From Hamiltosporidium tvaerminnensis FI-OER-3-3 (Eukaryota; Fungi; Microsporidia), in NCBI GenBank assembly GCA_022605425.2, contig JAKIMF020000001.1, forward strand, positions 1,674,001 to 1,738,000: a DNA stretch of 64,000 nucleotides, read 5' to 3'. Position 1 is the stretch's first letter. Every line of letters begins with the position of its first letter. The notes beneath the pieces were generated by a model, which was given only the letters and a program-made list of their open reading frames with translations, searched no databases and had not been told where the DNA came from. Shown one piece after another: positions 60,474 to 64,000 of the stretch. The translations under genes were made by a program, and so were the position numbers.

Positions 60474-60918
60474 TTATTAAATTGCAATATTTGAAATAAA
60501 CTCATAAAGAAATTTTTCTGTCCAATTTTAACTGAGCTTACTTGCTTGGTTCTCTGACCTATTTACTGAAAGAAGTAGGAATATTAAAAAGTGGTTTTAT
60601 TCTTAATATCAGTTATTAAATTTTCCCTTTGAAACATAGTTGATTTATATTTTAGGATATTGAAATTCATAACACAAAAGTATAAAGCAATTAAGAATTA
60701 TTGAATACAGAGTTATTTATCTCGCATTTGTTTATTATATTCTACTTCTATTCTTGTTCGAACCGTCTAAAATTTATTTAAACAAAATTATTTCTTTAAA
60801 GTTTTTTTGTCTTATTCTAGTTCTTTCCTTGTTAAAGATATTAAATATATAATTTTATTGTATTTTTAAAATCTCAAAGTAACATCTCAATAATTAAAAA
60901 AATAAGAACCGTTAAATT

Positions 60919-61209
60919 ATGAATGAAGAAAAAGACGAATTACTCGATAAAATGCCAGAAAAAGTAATTTCATACTTTTATGAAACCGAGATACTTAAAG
61001 ATGCAGACGAACTAAAAGAATGTAATCAGAGATTAAATGAATTAGAAAGTTTTCAAATCTACAAAGAAATTAAAAATTCTGAAGTTAAAAAAAAAATCGA
61101 ATCTCAAGATCCAGCACTAGTAAAAGCGTATATGGAAGATTTGAAAAATAATAAAAGTACGACTCGTAAAAATAATAAAAGAGGTAAGAAAGGTATGCAG
61201 AAAAAATAG
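60919..61209 (+). CDS. Hypothetical charged coiled-coil protein with basic C-terminus
   Basis: 96-aa ORF with protein-like composition; no recognisable family. Confidence 0.55.
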   Translation: MNEEKDELLDKMPEKVISYFYETEILKDADELKECNQRLNELESFQIYKEIKNSEVKKKIESQDPALVKAYMEDLKNNKSTTRKNNKRGKKGMQKK

Positions 61210-62501
61210 AATATTTAGAGAAATATTATATTGCAAAAAAATAATTTTAATTTCAGAATATTCTTCCGCTTTAAGTTTTTAATTTATTGCTTTCTTACGC
61301 TTAGAAGTGAAAAAAGAATTTAAAAATACATTTGAATAAGAATATTGACAGATCGATATATTTGTAAAGAAAACGAGATTAGATCTGTAAAACATAAAAA
61401 CCATGTCAATATACTTTAGCAGCATTTTATAATAAATTTATTTTGTACTTAATTCAAATCAATTGTACTCTTTAAATTTTGTTTTCTATCTTTCGTTTCT
61501 ATTTTTGACAAATCTTTAAATTTAAATTTCAGCCACGATTTGTGTTTCAATTATTGCTCAAATTACTAGAGATTCTCATTCTTAGAAATCTGTAATAACT
61601 ATGGTTTTTTTCTAACATCTAACTTTTTATATTAAATGATTAAATAAAAAGGTTTTAGTTATATTTTTAAAAATATATATTTCGCTTTTTTTAAGGTAGG
61701 TTTGATATTCAATAGGTTGATTACAAAATATTGTAACACAAGACAAGGTTTTAATGAAAACAATTATTGTATTTTCTTGATCTATAAACAATACACGGTT
61801 TTTTTTATCAATATTACCTAATTGTTTCTTCTTTAATAACTCAAATTAATGCGGATGAGAGACTTCTAATTATATAAAAGATTATATTTAATATATTATG
61901 TAAGTATTTAAACCAGATGTGTTATTACAAATCGTTAATTCTATCTATATTCTAATATCAAATCTTATTAATAAAAATATTAGTATAATTTTTATATAAA
62001 AGCTAATATTTCTTATATTTTAAAATTATTTTTATTACATTCGATTAAATTATTCTGTAAAAAATTATATTATTTAAAATCCAACAAACTTGGAATTAAA
62101 TATTATCTTACAAAACATCATAATAATTTGTACTCATCCGTTGTCTTAATTAATCTATAAATAGGTTAATAGATAAATGATTTTTTTATTCTTTCTATCT
62201 TTACAATCTGAATTTACTTTTAATATATTTTGGATAAAATAAGAAAAAAAACATGAAAAAATTTAATCTGACAATTTGAAGTATAAAATAATTTTTTTAT
62301 TACGATAAATCGCTTAAAAGAATATCTTAAAGAAAATAATTTTATTTTACACAAACAGAATAGTTTTTAAAACAAAAAAAATAATTTAAACTAAACGAAT
62401 ATTAGTATAAACCCAATAATTTAAACTCTATGCTATTGATTTTCGAAAAAAACCACATTTTTTACAAAATTACTTTAAAAAATAACATAAAGAATATATT
62501 T

Positions 62502-64000
62502 TTAATAAAAGTCACAAGTCATCTCCAGCAAACTTTCCAATTCACTTTGTTTTACAGACATAACAGTACAAATTCTATCACGATCTAATTTCCAATATAA
62601 ATTTAAAATATCGAAGTCAATAAAATTTAAAGATCGGGTTTTTTTAGGGCAAATCGTTAAAATAAAATCTGTATCTATACAAAATCCTGAATTTATAATA
62701 CTTTGTAGATGTAATAAACTATTATATTCTCTTTCTGTAATTTTATTATCCATTCTTGAAATTACTCCGATAGATCCAAGTTCAGTAGAAAAATATACCA
62801 CATTGCTTGAAGCCTCTTTTTCCCCGAATCTAGAATTTATAAAACGATTTGATTTGTCGAATGTATTGTTTTGCATACTTGTAATACTTTCTTCGTATAG
62901 AAACCATGCTTCTGCAATGAGGTGTTCATCTAATCCCTCCATAATTAAAAATGTTCCCATTCCATCTCCTATCATCAATCTATGATCTATAAATACCATC
63001 TGCTCTGCAATAATTCGTCTTGGAAATCTCAGTTCTTCGGTAATAGAACTTTTTTCTATATTCATATCGTATAAACTAACAGTTCTAGTCAAATCTCCCA
63101 CAGCAATCGAACATCCATTAATTTTAATTACCCAAGGAGTAATTTGGTGCTTTACTGAACATACATCAACCAAAGCTTTACCAACAATTTTAAAAACATG
63201 TATTGCGGTACCAAAAGAAGCAACAACCACATTACCACTCAAATCCAATCCAAACACAAGACCAGGTTTTGATATTTCAAATAATATTTTCATTTTATCT
63301 TTTATCTCAATATATACCAATTTTCCAGTTGGCTCAGAAGAATTCACATTTAAAGTAACCACAATTTTATTTTTATCATTTGCTACTCCTCTCATTAAAA
63401 TTTCATTGGAAAATACCAGAGAATCTTTAACTCTGTTATTATCATACAAAACCAACTTACTTATTAATAAATGAGAATCAGATTTTATATCTTTTAACAT
63501 TTCATTTTTTTCATTTTTATTTGAAATTATTGTTTCACGATTCGTATTTATCGATTTAGGAATTTTATTCTTATATTCCGGGGTATTTATATTGATATTT
63601 TCAGAAGAACCATAATATTCATTTTCAAGTATTGAATCTTCTTCTGAATCATATTTAGTAAATCCTCCAATCATTCTTGAAGTATCTTTGAAAACCAAAA
63701 TAAGTCTTACATCATTATCAATTTCATATTTTGTAATTTTATAAGAAGGTTTCGGATCAAATATACACTCATATAATGTTTCTCCATTACAGATCAGTAA
63801 ATATATTTTATTTTTAGAATCATTTTCTTCTATAAAAACTTGGCTGGCATAAAAATATCCAGAAATATTTATTCCATATACTTTTACCGTTGAAATATTA
63901 GTCAAATTAATAAATAGCGGTTCTTTTCCAGTTGTAATTAAAAATCCATTTTTTAAATTTACTATTTCATTTGTAGGATACATTTTTTTACAGATAAGAT
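62502..64000 (-). CDS. DDB1/CPSF160/SF3B3-family beta-propeller protein (most DDB1-like), 5' end outside the window
   Basis: EP.GKL, G.VF.L, VGDL.R.VSL, VYFSTELGSIG, Y..LL.LQ, FID.DIL in the C-terminal CPSF_A region; frame stays open upstream of 63983. Confidence 0.7.
   Translation of the reverse strand, partial: LICKKMYPTNEIVNLKNGFLITTGKEPLFINLTNISTVKVYGINISGYFYASQVFIEENDSKNKIYLLICNGETLYECIFDPKPSYKITKYEIDNDVRLILVFKDTSRMIGGFTKYDSEEDSILENEYYGSSENININTPEYKNKIPKSINTNRETIISNKNEKNEMLKDIKSDSHLLISKLVLYDNNRVKDSLVFSNEILMRGVANDKNKIVVTLNVNSSEPTGKLVYIEIKDKMKILFEISKPGLVFGLDLSGNVVVASFGTAIHVFKIVGKALVDVCSVKHQITPWVIKINGCSIAVGDLTRTVSLYDMNIEKSSITEELRFPRRIIAEQMVFIDHRLMIGDGMGTFLIMEGLDEHLIAEAWFLYEESITSMQNNTFDKSNRFINSRFGEKEASSNVVYFSTELGSIGVISRMDNKITEREYNSLLHLQSIINSGFCIDTDFILTICPKKTRSLNFIDFDILNLYWKLDRDRICTVMSVKQSELESLLEMTCDFY

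Overview
Very AT-rich eukaryotic DNA with the hallmarks of a large-genome, TE-rich microsporidian (Hamiltosporidium-like; taxon is my inference). Genes are compact, most have a CCC motif just before the ATG, and there are tiny GTAAGT...CTAAT...TAG introns. Housekeeping genes: a Psr1-like NIF phosphatase (partial, missed by the ORF track), CDC50, RPB9, eL42 (31-nt intron, missed), SPC3, RAD6, a TEN1-like gene (frameshifted), PSF1, a homeobox gene, a DASH Dad4/Dad1-like subunit, TAF1, UBC4, cytochrome b5 (21-nt intron, only partly called), RNR1 and a DDB1-like protein (partial). Non-coding RNAs: a clear U4 snRNA (about 13095-13305) with an apparently expanded 3' domain, and an unidentified CCC-preceded structured RNA with H/ACA-like boxes (about 42164-42410, minus). 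Mobile DNA: a dead hAT transposon, Tc1 relics, RTE and R4/Dong-like (RLE-endonuclease) LINE fragments, and three families of non-coding retroposons, each with target-site duplications (TSDs) in some copies. These are a ~725-bp structured-RNA element (4 copies, compensatory changes), a ~230-bp family sharing its 5' head, and a ~240-bp RTE-derived bipartite element (6 copies). All calls are by-eye motif recognition and manual base-pairing; no searches were run.
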